A DNA stretch of 64,000 bases from Methanobacteriota archaeon. GTDB lineage: Archaea; Thermoplasmatota; Thermoplasmata; SG8-5; DAIRED01. The notes beneath the pieces are model-generated. The model was not told the origin of the DNA and ran no database searches. It worked only from the letters and a program-made list of their open reading frames with translations. Positions 46,931-57,051 of this stretch are shown here, one piece after another. The position numbers and the translations under genes are program-made. The stretch spans positions 1 through 64,000 of the forward strand of contig JAZDNO010000019.1 in assembly GCA_043799545.1 (NCBI GenBank). Reading direction: 5' to 3'. Positions within the stretch are counted from its first letter, which is position 1. Each line of letters begins with the position of its first letter.

Positions 46931-48598
46931 TTAATCCATGTCTCCCATCCCACCGCCACCCATACCGCCCATGCCACCCGGCGGCATTCCGCCGCCTGGG
47001 GCTCCGCCAGCGCCGCGCTTCGCGGCTATGACGTCGTCTATGCGCAGTATCATGTTCGCGACCTCGGTCGCGCTGCATATCGCCTGCGTCTTGACGCGGA
47101 TCGGCTCGATGACGTTCATCTTTACCATGTCCTTCGTCACGCCGTTGAAGATGTCGATTCCCACGTTCGACCTCTTCCCCTTGCCCTCGTGCTCGGACCT
47201 GAGGTTGATGAGCATGTTTATCGCGTCCAGGCCTGCGTTCTCCGCGAGGGTCCACGGGATGATTTCCATGGCCTTGGAGAATGCCTCGATTGCCAGCTGC
47301 TCGCGCCCGCCGACAGTCGTCGCGTAGTCCTGGAGCCTGAGCGAGAGCTCGACTTCCGTCGCGCCTCCGCCTGGCACTACAATTCCGTCCTCTATTGCGA
47401 CAGCGGTCACCTTCAAGGCGTCGTGCAGCGCGCGCTCGAGCTCGTCGACGACGTGCTCCGTGCCGCCCCTGAGCAGTATAGATACGCTCTTGGGGTTCTT
47501 GCACTCGGTCACGAACGTCATGTCCGTGTCCCCGACCTTGCGCTCCTCGACGAGCCCGGCCCGACCGAGGTCGTTGGCGCTCAGGTCGTCCAGCTTGCTC
47601 ACGAGGTTCGCTCCGGTCGCGCGGGCGAGCTTCTCCATGTCGCTCTTCTTGACCCTGCGCACTGTGTAGATGCCCTCCTTCGCGAGGTAGTGCTGCACGA
47701 GGTCGTCCACGCCCTTCTGGCAGAACACGACGTTGGCGCCGGACTTCTTGATGATGTCCGACTTGGCCTTCAGCGTGCGCTCCTCCTCCGCGAGGAACTT
47801 CTCCATCTGGGACGGGTCGTTTATCTGAATCTTGGCGTCGACCTCGGTCTTCTTGATTTCAAGCGCAGCGTCAAGCAGCGCAATCTTGGCGTTCTTGACT
47901 GCCTTTGGCATCCTCGGGTGCACGCGCTCCTTGTCCACTATGATTCCCTGGACCAGCTCGGTGTCCGTGACGCTCGCTCCGTGCTTCTTCTCGACCTTCA
48001 CGTTGTCCACGTCGACGGTCCAGCCATCGCTGGACTTGTCCGCGACCGCCCGTATTGCCTTAACGCAGAGGTTTGCAAGCATCTCCCTGTTCGGGCCGGC
48101 TCCGCCCTTCGAAGACATGGCGGTCATGGCGACCTTCCTCAGCATGACCTCGTCGGTGGGGCTGATCTTGATTCCCATGGTCTTGAGAATTCTGTTGGCC
48201 TCGGTCGCAGCCAGCGAATAGCCGGACGCGATTATCGTCGGGTGGACGTTCTGCTCGATGAGGAATTCCGCCTTCTTCAGCAGTTCCCCAGCGATGACCA
48301 CGGCGCTCGTAGTCCCGTCGCCGCACTCGTTGTCCTGGGTCTTCGCCACCTCGACGACCATCTTGGCCGCCGGGTGCTCTATGTCGATCTCCTTCAGTAT
48401 GGTCGCGCCGTCGTTCGTTATGACGACGTCGCCCATGCTGTCGACCAGCATCTTGTCCATTCCCCTCGGTCCTAGGGTCGAGCGCACCGCATCGGCGACC
48501 GCTTTCGCGGCGTTGATGTTGTTAAACTGGGCGCCCTTGCCCTTGTTCCTCTCCGTGCCCTCTCTCAGCACGATTATCGGTTGCTGTCCTGACATCAT
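46931..48598 (-). CDS. ths: Thermosome subunit (group II chaperonin)
   Basis: [31 protein letters not shown] tail. Confidence 0.97.
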   Translation of the reverse strand: MMSGQQPIIVLREGTERNKGKGAQFNNINAAKAVADAVRSTLGPRGMDKMLVDSMGDVVITNDGATILKEIDIEHPAAKMVVEVAKTQDNECGDGTTSAVVIAGELLKKAEFLIEQNVHPTIIASGYSLAATEANRILKTMGIKISPTDEVMLRKVAMTAMSSKGGAGPNREMLANLCVKAIRAVADKSSDGWTVDVDNVKVEKKHGASVTDTELVQGIIVDKERVHPRMPKAVKNAKIALLDAALEIKKTEVDAKIQINDPSQMEKFLAEEERTLKAKSDIIKKSGANVVFCQKGVDDLVQHYLAKEGIYTVRRVKKSDMEKLARATGANLVSKLDDLSANDLGRAGLVEERKVGDTDMTFVTECKNPKSVSILLRGGTEHVVDELERALHDALKVTAVAIEDGIVVPGGGATEVELSLRLQDYATTVGGREQLAIEAFSKAMEIIPWTLAENAGLDAINMLINLRSEHEGKGKRSNVGIDIFNGVTKDMVKMNVIEPIRVKTQAICSATEVANMILRIDDVIAAKRGAGGAPGGGMPPGGMGGMGGGGMGDMD

Positions 48599-48730
48599 TG
48601 TATTGTACCCCCCTTTCGGGTGTGTCGAAACAATAGTGGTGCTTCTATATAATGGTTACGGCAAGGTTATTACGAAGCGCAATGTAAGCGACTGCAAACT
48701 TATTTGCACGATATCGCCAATCTCCCGCGC

Positions 48731-49249
48731 ATGTCCGATGCCATCCGCACCGTCGCCCAGCTCATGGAAATCGCTGCCCGCACGGCCCCCAAGGCCGCGG
48801 GAAAGGATTTCATTGAAATCAAGACGCTCTACGGTGACGACCTGAAGAAGACTGGCGAGGAGATGCTCAATCTCGCCGAGGAGCGGAACAATCCTGGATT
48901 CGCCCGCGACGGGAAGAACGTGCTGGCATCGGAGGCGCTTGTCCTAATCGGCGTGCGCGAGCACGCAGGCCTCGGCCTGGACTGCGCCGCCTGCGGCTTC
49001 AAGGCGTGCAACGGAATGGTTCAGGGCTCGGTCGAGACTGACTTCGCAGGCCCGAGTTGCTCAATGCGCTTGCTCGACATGGGCATCGCACTCGGCTCGG
49101 CTGTGAAGACAGCATCGCTGCATAACGTGGACAACCGTATCATGTACCGCGCTGGGGTAGCGGCCAGGCGCCTCGGGTTCATCAAAGCCTCGGTGGTCAT
49201 GGGAATACCGCTGAGCGCAACCGGAAAGAGCATCTACTACGACAGATAG
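48731..49249 (+). CDS. DUF2148-type ferredoxin-domain protein
   Basis: ARTAPK, DCAACGF..C, GPSC...DMGIALGSA. Confidence 0.8.
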   Translation: MSDAIRTVAQLMEIAARTAPKAAGKDFIEIKTLYGDDLKKTGEEMLNLAEERNNPGFARDGKNVLASEALVLIGVREHAGLGLDCAACGFKACNGMVQGSVETDFAGPSCSMRLLDMGIALGSAVKTASLHNVDNRIMYRAGVAARRLGFIKASVVMGIPLSATGKSIYYDR

Positions 49250-49271
49250 GCGATTTGTCGAGTTGCAGCAT

Positions 49272-49904
49272 TCAATCCTTCGGTAAGTCCGTGGCGCAGA
49301 CCCGGCACGTGTCAACGCCCTTCCTGTTCGGCATCTGGCATTGGGGGCACAGGACCATTCCTTCTGGGACGCGCACCGGTTCCGGGGATTGTGGCTCGGG
49401 TACCAAAGGATGGGTGATCTCTTGGTGTGCGTGGGTCTGATACCTCTTGGCCACGGCGTCGTGGATGTTCGGTTTTTCGTAATCATACGAATCGAACTTC
49501 GCCCGCGTTCTGGAATTCCTCAGGTAATACCAGAAATAAAGGTAGAGCGCAGCCGATATCAGAAGAAACGGATTGATAAGGCATAGCAGGAGCGCGAGGA
49601 TTGCCAGCAATCCGTAGAATTCCACGCCCCACCGCCTGGCCCACTCGGCCATCATCGTCAATCCGATGGCCATGATTATGACGAGGGCGCCTAGAGCCAA
49701 GAGCATCACGCCGACCAGCCTGAACATCGAGCCGAAGTCCATGCCGCTGTAGGAGTAGCTAGAAATGAGGTTGCCCAGGCCGAAGAAGGTTGCGCCGAAG
49801 TAGAGGTAAACTGCGCCCATAACTATCGAGATAATGCTGATGGCCAGTATTCCTCGCGGAATCTTCTTTCTCTTCGACCTCATCACAACTGTAATCCGTT
49901 CCAA
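49272..49904 (-). CDS. Membrane protein with C-terminal Zn ribbon
   Basis: 4 TMs then CPQC-N9-CRVC. Confidence 0.75.
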   Translation of the reverse strand: MERITVVMRSKRKKIPRGILAISIISIVMGAVYLYFGATFFGLGNLISSYSYSGMDFGSMFRLVGVMLLALGALVIIMAIGLTMMAEWARRWGVEFYGLLAILALLLCLINPFLLISAALYLYFWYYLRNSRTRAKFDSYDYEKPNIHDAVAKRYQTHAHQEITHPLVPEPQSPEPVRVPEGMVLCPQCQMPNRKGVDTCRVCATDLPKD

Positions 49905-49931
49905 AAATATAAAGACGATGCCTTGGAATCG

Positions 49932-52900
49932 TCATGCTTGCGTGCGCGAGGAATCCGTTGGCTGGTCAAGATGCGGATTCTCTTCGAGCACCGCCTTTTC
50001 AAGGCTGCCAGCCCCGGCTGCCTTTGCGAATTCCAGCACCTCGCCTGACATTTTATTAGCGGTCGATGGGTCTCCGGATTTCGCGCAAAAAAGCGCAAAA
50101 GTCCTCTTGGCCCTGGCGAGGGGAAAGCCTTCGTTCAGCCTGGCATGGATTTCTATGGATTTTTCAAAGTGCCCGCGCGCCGAAGAGGCGTCCCCCTTCG
50201 CCGCCTCCAGCAGCCCGGCAACCCTGTGGTAAACAGCCAGGAGGTTGTCCGCCTTCATCGAGTCCGCGTCGGCCTTCGCCCCGGCTAGCAGGCCCGCCGC
50301 CTCGTCCAGGCGCCCCTCGCCCGTGCACACCTCCGCGAGGGAGACGCGACAGAGCGACTGCATCAGGCGGTCCCCGACCTCCGCGCCGAGCGCCATGCCG
50401 CGCTCAAGGAACCCCCGCGCCTCCGCCGGCCTCCCGGCCTGCAGGTGCAAATCCCCGAGGTTCGCGCAGGCCGTCCCGGCACTGGGCAGGTCGCCTATCC
50501 TCTCAGCAAGCTCCCTGCTCCCTGAAATGTAATTCTCGGCCTTCTCGAATTCCATCATGTCCTGCCACATCAGCCCTATCCCTATCATGTTCGAGCATTG
50601 GCCGGTCAGGTCGCCGATGCGCTTCCTGATGCCGAGCGCCTCCTCCATGTAGCGCAACGCGCCCCTCGGGTCCCCCTGGTTCTTGCTGATGATTCCCAAG
50701 TTTCCGGCGGTGCTGGCGATGCCCCTCAGGTCGGAGATGCTGCGCTTGACCGATAGCGCCTCGCGGTAGTAGCCCGCGGCCTTCTCCCAAGCCCCCCTGC
50801 TGTGGTGGATGGCTCCGATGTTGTTGAGGCTGGCCCCCAGGCCGGCTAGGTCGGCCAGCGCCCGCCTCCCAGCCGCGGCCTTCTCCAGGTGGGGCAGCGC
50901 CTCGTCGAACCTCCGGGTCTGGAGGAAGAGGGTGCCGAGCACGTGCTCCGCGGAAGCCAGCGCGGCTTCGTCGCCAGAGCCCCCGGCAATCTCCATCTGG
51001 CGGCGGGCCCAGCTCTCGGCCTCCCTGACCTCCCCGCGCTTCAGGTGGGCGTAGTACATGACGTGGCATGTCCTCGTCAGCTCCGCGGACGGGCCGAGCG
51101 GTTCGAGGATTGCGAAAGCCTCGCCGCCCAGCCTGAGGCTCGATGGCCAGTCGGATTTCATGTCATGCGCCTCGGCCATAAGCGTGAGCACCTTCCCGCG
51201 GTCCTGTCCAGCAGCCTCAGGTAGCAACCCCTCGTATATCGTCAAGGCCGAATCGTAGAGTCCCATGTAACGCTCGCAGTCCCCGAGCTCCATCATCGCG
51301 TCCCGTCCGATGTCCCCAGACTCCTTGGCGAGCCTGTAGAGCTTGGCCGCCTCCTCGATTGCGAAGCGCCTTTTCGCGTCCCGCGCGGCGGCGACGAGAT
51401 GGGCTGGCGCCCGCGGGTCGCCGGCGTTGTGGAGATGCAGGGCGATTTCCGAGAGTTTCCCGGGCGCGGATGTTCTCAACATGGACTCGGCAGCCATCCT
51501 GTGCAGCTCGCGCCGCATCCCCGCCCCCATGCGCCCGTACGCAGCCTCCCGGACCTTGGAATGGTCGAACCTGTAGCCAGCCGCCCCGCTACGGACGAGC
51601 CCCGTCCCGCACTCGATGAAATCCAGCCTCCCGAGGAGGTCCATCCTCGCGGCCCCGGTCAGGTCTCCCAGGGCTTCCAGCGCGAACTCCTCCCCGAGCA
51701 CCGCCGCGGCGGAAAGGAGCCTGGCGTCTTCCGGAGGCATCCTGTCGAACCTCCGGTTGACGATGTCCGCCACCCGCTCCGGCATCTCCAGCTCGTCGAC
51801 AGCCTTCGCGAGCCTCCACCTGCCGCCTTCATCCAAAGACAGGACCCCGCTCTCCCTCAGCAGCCTCAGGAGTTCGAGTGTGTAGAAAGGGTTCCCTCCG
51901 CCCTCCCTCTGGAGCCTGGAATAGAACGCCTCCTCCAGAGTGGAGCCTTCCAGCGCTGACTCCACCAAATCGCGCGAGCGCTCCGTCTCTAGCCGCTCGA
52001 GACCGATGATGGAAACGACCCCTTCGCGGGACATGGTCTTCATGGCGCTAGCCAGCGGATGCTGCTTTCCGTCGGCGGGCGCGACGTCCTCCGGCCTGAA
52101 AGTGCCGAGAATCAACATGCGCGTCCCCCTGGCGCTCCTGGCTAGGTAGTGTACGAGCGACACGGTCGTCGGGTCGGCCCACTGGAGGTCGTCGAGGTAG
52201 AGCACGATGGGTTTTTCCGCCGCCTTGCGCGAGAGCCCCGCGAGGATGTTGGAGAGGAGCCCGTTCTTCCTCAGGCCAGGGTCGTCGACCAGATGTCTTC
52301 CTTCGTACCTTCCGCTGCGAACGAGTGATTCCAGCGCGGACTTCGCCATATCCGTCTCGGCCACGTTTCCGCTCCAACCGGACAGTCCGGGCCCGAGCTC
52401 CGAGAGAAGCTCGTCCATCTCGGCGAGCAGCGGCTCGTTCTCGCGCCCCATCGTGATGGACGCCAGCGAGAGCCCGCTACGGCTCCTCAGGGTTATCCTG
52501 AAATTCCCGTAGGATATGGAGCCGAGGTTGGCCTGGCCCGCCCCCAGCGGCGAGAGCGAGTCCTTCGCGAAGTTGGAGATGGCCTGGAGCATGCCCGAGA
52601 ATATGTCCGCGTCCACGCCACCTTTACCGGAGGCGCCGTCGGAGCCCCCGCCGGGCTTCGCCGCGCTGGCAACCAGAACTCCCCCCTGGTCTATCAGGTA
52701 CAGGCAGAGCAGCTCGGGCGGCGGGTCGTCGTCCAGCACGTATGCGATTCCGAGCCCGGCCAGCGCCTCCCGGACCGGGTGGAGCGGTTCGAGGGTGCTC
52801 TCGACGCACCAGCCCCTGGCCACCGAGGCGCCTTTCTCCTCCGCCGTTGCGAGCGCCTCCTCGCAAAGCCTGCTCTTGCCGATGCCAGCCTCGCCCGAAA

Positions 52901-53012
52901 CCAGGACTGCCGAGCCGTCTCCTGCGAGCGCCCGTTCAAGGCGAGACCTCAGCTCTGCCAGCTCACTGGACCTCCCCACAAGCGCGGGCTTGAACGAACG
53001 CTCTGCCTGCAT
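49932..53012 (-). CDS. STAND-like AAA ATPase with inserted longin/roadblock-like domain and TPR array
   Basis: LVGR..EL, SGEAGIGKS, VLYLDDLQWAD, GGNPFY, C-terminal TPRs. Confidence 0.85.
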   Translation of the reverse strand: MQAERSFKPALVGRSSELAELRSRLERALAGDGSAVLVSGEAGIGKSRLCEEALATAEEKGASVARGWCVESTLEPLHPVREALAGLGIAYVLDDDPPPELLCLYLIDQGGVLVASAAKPGGGSDGASGKGGVDADIFSGMLQAISNFAKDSLSPLGAGQANLGSISYGNFRITLRSRSGLSLASITMGRENEPLLAEMDELLSELGPGLSGWSGNVAETDMAKSALESLVRSGRYEGRHLVDDPGLRKNGLLSNILAGLSRKAAEKPIVLYLDDLQWADPTTVSLVHYLARSARGTRMLILGTFRPEDVAPADGKQHPLASAMKTMSREGVVSIIGLERLETERSRDLVESALEGSTLEEAFYSRLQREGGGNPFYTLELLRLLRESGVLSLDEGGRWRLAKAVDELEMPERVADIVNRRFDRMPPEDARLLSAAAVLGEEFALEALGDLTGAARMDLLGRLDFIECGTGLVRSGAAGYRFDHSKVREAAYGRMGAGMRRELHRMAAESMLRTSAPGKLSEIALHLHNAGDPRAPAHLVAAARDAKRRFAIEEAAKLYRLAKESGDIGRDAMMELGDCERYMGLYDSALTIYEGLLPEAAGQDRGKVLTLMAEAHDMKSDWPSSLRLGGEAFAILEPLGPSAELTRTCHVMYYAHLKRGEVREAESWARRQMEIAGGSGDEAALASAEHVLGTLFLQTRRFDEALPHLEKAAAGRRALADLAGLGASLNNIGAIHHSRGAWEKAAGYYREALSVKRSISDLRGIASTAGNLGIISKNQGDPRGALRYMEEALGIRKRIGDLTGQCSNMIGIGLMWQDMMEFEKAENYISGSRELAERIGDLPSAGTACANLGDLHLQAGRPAEARGFLERGMALGAEVGDRLMQSLCRVSLAEVCTGEGRLDEAAGLLAGAKADADSMKADNLLAVYHRVAGLLEAAKGDASSARGHFEKSIEIHARLNEGFPLARAKRTFALFCAKSGDPSTANKMSGEVLEFAKAAGAGSLEKAVLEENPHLDQPTDSSRTQA

Positions 53013-53056
53013 CCGGCACTCCCGTCGCCCAATCGCTCCGTGAAATAATATCCTTT

Positions 53057-53824
53057 TCATCTCCGGGCGCGAGTCTTCCTCGGCTCGACCATGTTGTCCT
53101 TCCACTTTCCGAGCCTGGTGCCGTCCATGAGGTAGATATCAGCGCTCGATGTATCCAGTATCCCGCCTTTGAACAGCGGGCCGAGGATGTCCCGCCCCCG
53201 CTCGTTCACGGGCGTCCCGCCGCAATAAGGGTGCAGGGCCGGTAGAAGCACGAATCCTTTTGGCATATCCTCATACCTGTCGTTTTTCCCGGCCTTGCCC
53301 CTCAGCCAGCATTTCTCTGTCGCTCGGCGGCCTATCCCGTCGACGAAGAGCGCAGTCGGGTGGGCGTGCGCGACGAACAGAGTCTTGGATGCGAACACGG
53401 TTTCCGATGGCCAGGAATGCCCGTGGCAGAAACCGAAGTCCCCGATGGTGAAACCTGAAGCGGGATGGATTTTAGCCCACTCTGGCGCCAGGTAGTCCAA
53501 GCCGCCGTCGTGGTTCCCCCTCGCCAAGTCCACGCGCTCGAACTGCATCTCCAGAGTGCGAAAGAAGCGCGGCACTTCGTAGCGCTCCTGGTCCGACATC
53601 CTCGGAAGGTTGTGTTTCGCGTCCCCGGCGATGACGAGCTTCGTCGCGCCGACCGCCTCCCCCATGGAAACGAGCAGGCTGGCCATCGCCATAGTCTGCG
53701 ACGGCACCTGCACCCCGCGTGACGATATCTCGTGCTCGATGCCTATGTGAAGGTCCGCGGCGACAAGGTATTTCCCGCCGTCGTGTTCGAACGTAAGCGC
53801 GGGGCGGCCGTGAATGGGCTCCAT
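53057..53824 (-). CDS. Metallophosphoesterase (SbcD-related archaeal / ligase-associated type)
   Basis: ADLHIG, GDAKH, GNHDG, HGH, AHAHP. Confidence 0.85.
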   Translation of the reverse strand: MEPIHGRPALTFEHDGGKYLVAADLHIGIEHEISSRGVQVPSQTMAMASLLVSMGEAVGATKLVIAGDAKHNLPRMSDQERYEVPRFFRTLEMQFERVDLARGNHDGGLDYLAPEWAKIHPASGFTIGDFGFCHGHSWPSETVFASKTLFVAHAHPTALFVDGIGRRATEKCWLRGKAGKNDRYEDMPKGFVLLPALHPYCGGTPVNERGRDILGPLFKGGILDTSSADIYLMDGTRLGKWKDNMVEPRKTRARR

Positions 53825-53891
53825 GCAATGGGAGGGAACGCGCAATGGCGAGAAATAGTTTGCGCGAAAATGACATAGCCGCTTCAGGCGC

Positions 53892-54350
53892 TCAAAGCTT
53901 CAGCCAGACCATTGTCTGCCCGTGCAATAGCTCCCCGCTCGGCCTGAACCCCAGGCTTTTATACAATCTCTCTGCAATCCTGTTATCCGGCTCGTAGGAA
54001 GTGCCGAGCCTGGCGCATTTGCCGTGCGTCTCCTCCCGGATTCGCCCGATGAGCATCTCCATCGCCCTTCTCCCGTGCCCCTTCCCCTGGTACCTGCGGT
54101 CTATCATGAGCCTCGTGAGCCAGGCACCCCCAAAGTCGTTTTCAGGTGAGTAAAACACGGTCCCGACCATTGTTTCGCCGTCATAGACTGCCAGCACCTT
54201 GTGGTCTTTGTAGATGTGGGCCTCGGCGAGCGACATGACGTTCGGCCTGTTCGACTTGAAGTAGAAACAATCCTTCTGCTCCGGATGGACCTCCAGGTCA
54301 ATGCATTCGTGGAAGTTCTTGTCAGTTATCTCTTCGAATCTGATGGCCAT
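53892..54350 (-). CDS. GNAT acetyltransferase (spermidine/diamine acetyltransferase-like)
   Basis: LMIDRRYQGKGHGR, N..A..LY..LGF. Confidence 0.9.
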   Translation of the reverse strand: MAIRFEEITDKNFHECIDLEVHPEQKDCFYFKSNRPNVMSLAEAHIYKDHKVLAVYDGETMVGTVFYSPENDFGGAWLTRLMIDRRYQGKGHGRRAMEMLIGRIREETHGKCARLGTSYEPDNRIAERLYKSLGFRPSGELLHGQTMVWLKL

Positions 54351-54486
54351 GGAGCGAAATGATGGTGGCCGTTGATTAAGTTTGCCCTGCCGCTCCCCGG
54401 CAGACATCCTCATGTGACCATACCTCTCGAAATGGTTTGCATGCGAAAGTATTTGCGCAGCCATCCGATATCGCGTTCGGGATGCG

Positions 54487-55245
54487 ATGACAAAGAACTA
54501 TTCGGAATGGGCAAGGTACTACGATGCGATGACGGATCCGGAATTGCTGAAGCGGGAGATGCCGTTCCTCCTGTGGGTGTTTCGCAAGTACGGGCGTAAG
54601 GAAACGCGGAAGTTACTGGATGTCGCGTGCGGCACTGGGCGCCACTCCATACCTTTCGCCGAGAATGGATTGAACGTGACAGGAGTGGACCTAAGCCCCG
54701 ATATGCTCTCTATGGCCAAGAAGAAGGCGAAGAAGCGCGCATTCTCCATCGATTTACGGACTGGTGATATGCGAAAGCTTCGCTTCGACGAGGAATTCGA
54801 CGCCATCATCTGCATGAACTCGGCTTTCAACTACATGATGACGGACGAAGATGCGGTCAAGGCTGTCGGGGGATTCCACAAGGCTCTCAGGCCAGGCGGG
54901 GTCGCCGTAATTGACGTCATGAATTTCGTGAAGCTGATGAGGTCGTTCAACAAGAGGGTGGAACGGAAAGGGGGGAGGGATGGAATAATGTTCGAGTCGG
55001 TTATAAACCACAGAGTCGAGGACTTGCCAGCCATCTTCATTCACGACGAGATCGGAGCCTTCTGGGCCGAAGGGAAGGAGACGAAAATTCACGAGGTTCA
55101 CAGGCTGAGGATGTTCAATTACAATGAGATGGCCAGGATATTGTCCGAGGCTGGCTTCCGCAGGGTCGAGTGCTTTGGCAGTTTCGGGGACAGGAAGGCC
55201 GCGACGAAGAACGCCAAGCGTCTGATTTTCGTCTGCGTCAAGTGA
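54487..55245 (+). CDS. Class I SAM-dependent methyltransferase
   Basis: LDVACGTGRH, GVDLSPDML, GDMR, LRPGG. Confidence 0.92.
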   Translation: MTKNYSEWARYYDAMTDPELLKREMPFLLWVFRKYGRKETRKLLDVACGTGRHSIPFAENGLNVTGVDLSPDMLSMAKKKAKKRAFSIDLRTGDMRKLRFDEEFDAIICMNSAFNYMMTDEDAVKAVGGFHKALRPGGVAVIDVMNFVKLMRSFNKRVERKGGRDGIMFESVINHRVEDLPAIFIHDEIGAFWAEGKETKIHEVHRLRMFNYNEMARILSEAGFRRVECFGSFGDRKAATKNAKRLIFVCVK

Positions 55246-55249
55246 ACAC

Positions 55250-55975
55250 TCACCGGCCGTGCTTCGGAAGCCCCGCGACCTTTCCGAACATGAGAAGCTC
55301 CCCGTCCGATACGGCGGCGGCTGAATAATCATCGAACGAGCCCAGCATCGGCGACAGCGGCTCCACGTCCCTGCCGGTCACGCTCCTTCCGAACGATATG
55401 GGCGAGAAGGCCGGTAGAACAACAACCCTCTCCGCGGAAGACCAAAGGAAGCACGGCGCCCCCGCCCTCGCGCCCAGCTCGTCCCGCACGCGCAGCGACG
55501 GATGCTCGTGCCCGATTGCGAGCCAGCCCTTCGCTGGACGGCGCGCTTTGAGATGCCCGTGCGCGATTGCGAACTGGCCGATTCGCAGAGAGTCGCGCAT
55601 ATCCAGCTTCCTTCGCCGTAGAATTGTACCGAGGAAGTTGTCATGATTCCCCTTCAGGATGACGGGTTCGCAGCGCCCGTTCAGTAGGTCCAGCAGCCCG
55701 TTCACCTCGTCCCATTCCTGCCTGCGGTTGCGGCCTAAGCTGTGCTTGAGGTCCCCGGCAATCACCAGGCGCGATGGTTCGTAGCGTTTTATTATCGCTT
55801 CGATTCTCTTTTCGATGACTTTATACTGGGTCGAGGGAACACTAGCGCCTTCGGCCCGCGCTTCCGCCTCGTAGCCGAGATGCAGGTCCGCGACGGCGAA
55901 CGCGCGCTCGCGCTCGAACCAGATGCCGAAATCTGCTGTTGCGAAGACGCCGGGGAGCAGCTGTATGGAGTCCAT
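55250..55975 (-). CDS. Metallophosphoesterase (SbcD-related archaeal / ligase-associated type), second paralog
   Basis: ADLHLG, GDLKH, GNHDN, HGH, GHEHP, VLPAFS. Confidence 0.87.
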   Translation of the reverse strand: MDSIQLLPGVFATADFGIWFERERAFAVADLHLGYEAEARAEGASVPSTQYKVIEKRIEAIIKRYEPSRLVIAGDLKHSLGRNRRQEWDEVNGLLDLLNGRCEPVILKGNHDNFLGTILRRRKLDMRDSLRIGQFAIAHGHLKARRPAKGWLAIGHEHPSLRVRDELGARAGAPCFLWSSAERVVVLPAFSPISFGRSVTGRDVEPLSPMLGSFDDYSAAAVSDGELLMFGKVAGLPKHGR

Positions 55976-56043
55976 GGGTCTGCGATGCCGGGGCTGGTAT
56001 TTGGGGTTTGCGCCTCTCGCCAGCTCGCTCAAGAATGCAAAAT

Positions 56044-56075
56044 AAAAAAAAAGGGGGAGTGAGCCTGAACCCCCT
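56044..56075 (-). terminator. G/C hairpin followed by a T9 tract on the minus strand
   Basis: Minus strand GGGGGTTCAGGCTCACTCCCCC then 9 T (plus-strand A-run 56044-56052). Confidence 0.5.
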
Positions 56076-56480
56076 CCCGGGGCGAATCGAGGCCGAAGGG
56101 GCCCTTCAGGGCTTCTATCTCCCTTCCTTTTCTGAGTCTCCAAACGATTTTCGGGTGTGTTTGGCCGGGTCCGCACGGTCCTCCCGCCCGGCGCTGTCCG
56201 GAAATTCCCCTTACTCCGGATTGCCCGGTCCTGTCAAACACGGACGCCTTGCAGCATCTCCCGCGCGTATCGCATCCCCTGGCCCGGTCAAACACTTCCC
56301 CCAAGCTCTTCCTTTTCGAGCCCCTTCAGCCTCTCAATCATCTTTATCCTGCGGGGAGTTTACGGAATCGGGGGTCCGGGATATAGGGATTTTTGAACTA
56401 GGTCTGTTACCTGCAAAAGGGTTAAGTATTATCAGGTTTGTTACCAGATTGGTGTTCAGATGTTCATACCAGGCAGCTCC

Positions 56481-57047
56481 ATGAAAGACGCCGTGCTAGA
56501 ATCTCTCAAAGACGGGGAGATGTCAATCAGCAAGCTACACAGGCATCTGGCCTCCGAGGGATTCAAGATGCACAGGCTCGTCCTGACGGGGTATCTGAAG
56601 GCCCTGGAGGACGTAAGCGTCCTCAGGTCAAAGGACATCCCGCCTTCGAAGGTCTACGACGCGCCCTCGGGGGGAGAGCTGGGGATTTACGAGTCCATAG
56701 GAGCCTTGGCCATGTCCTCGACAAAGGGCGGCGGTGAGGCTTCGAAGCTGGCGGTGTTCGCATTCCAGAAGCTGTTCCGCAGGCCCGTTTTCAGGGAGGA
56801 GCTGAGGCTGGCCGGCTTCGAGGGGGAGATACTCGCCGAACGAATCACCGGGGAGGAGCGCAACGAGGTCAAGCGCGCCCTGGCCAGGAAGGGTCACAAG
56901 GTCCCGGACAACGACCCGGCCTACAGGGTGACGATAGCGGACGAGGCGCTGGAAGTCCTGTGCAGGGACGTGCTCGCCTCCGCGGTGCTGTCGCGGTTCA
57001 AGGCGCACTCGCTCGTCCTGGAAACCAAGCAGACGAAGCTGGGGTGA
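56481..57047 (+). CDS. Winged-helix-like DNA-binding protein
   Basis: VLESLKDGEMSISKLHRHL..HRLVLTGYLKAL; start 56481 or 56460. Confidence 0.6.
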   Translation: MKDAVLESLKDGEMSISKLHRHLASEGFKMHRLVLTGYLKALEDVSVLRSKDIPPSKVYDAPSGGELGIYESIGALAMSSTKGGGEASKLAVFAFQKLFRRPVFREELRLAGFEGEILAERITGEERNEVKRALARKGHKVPDNDPAYRVTIADEALEVLCRDVLASAVLSRFKAHSLVLETKQTKLG

Positions 57048-57051
57048 GCAC

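Noticed and set aside
46931-47010. GGM/ATG-GGT repeats at the thermosome 3' end
   Set aside because: Ordinary Gly-Met tail of chaperonins.
56050-56350. SRP RNA, RNase P RNA or tmRNA
   Set aside because: The size fits, but I found no SRP helix-8 GGAAGGGAGCA motif, no RNase P GAGGAAAGTCC/AACAGAA motifs and no tRNA-like ends on either strand.
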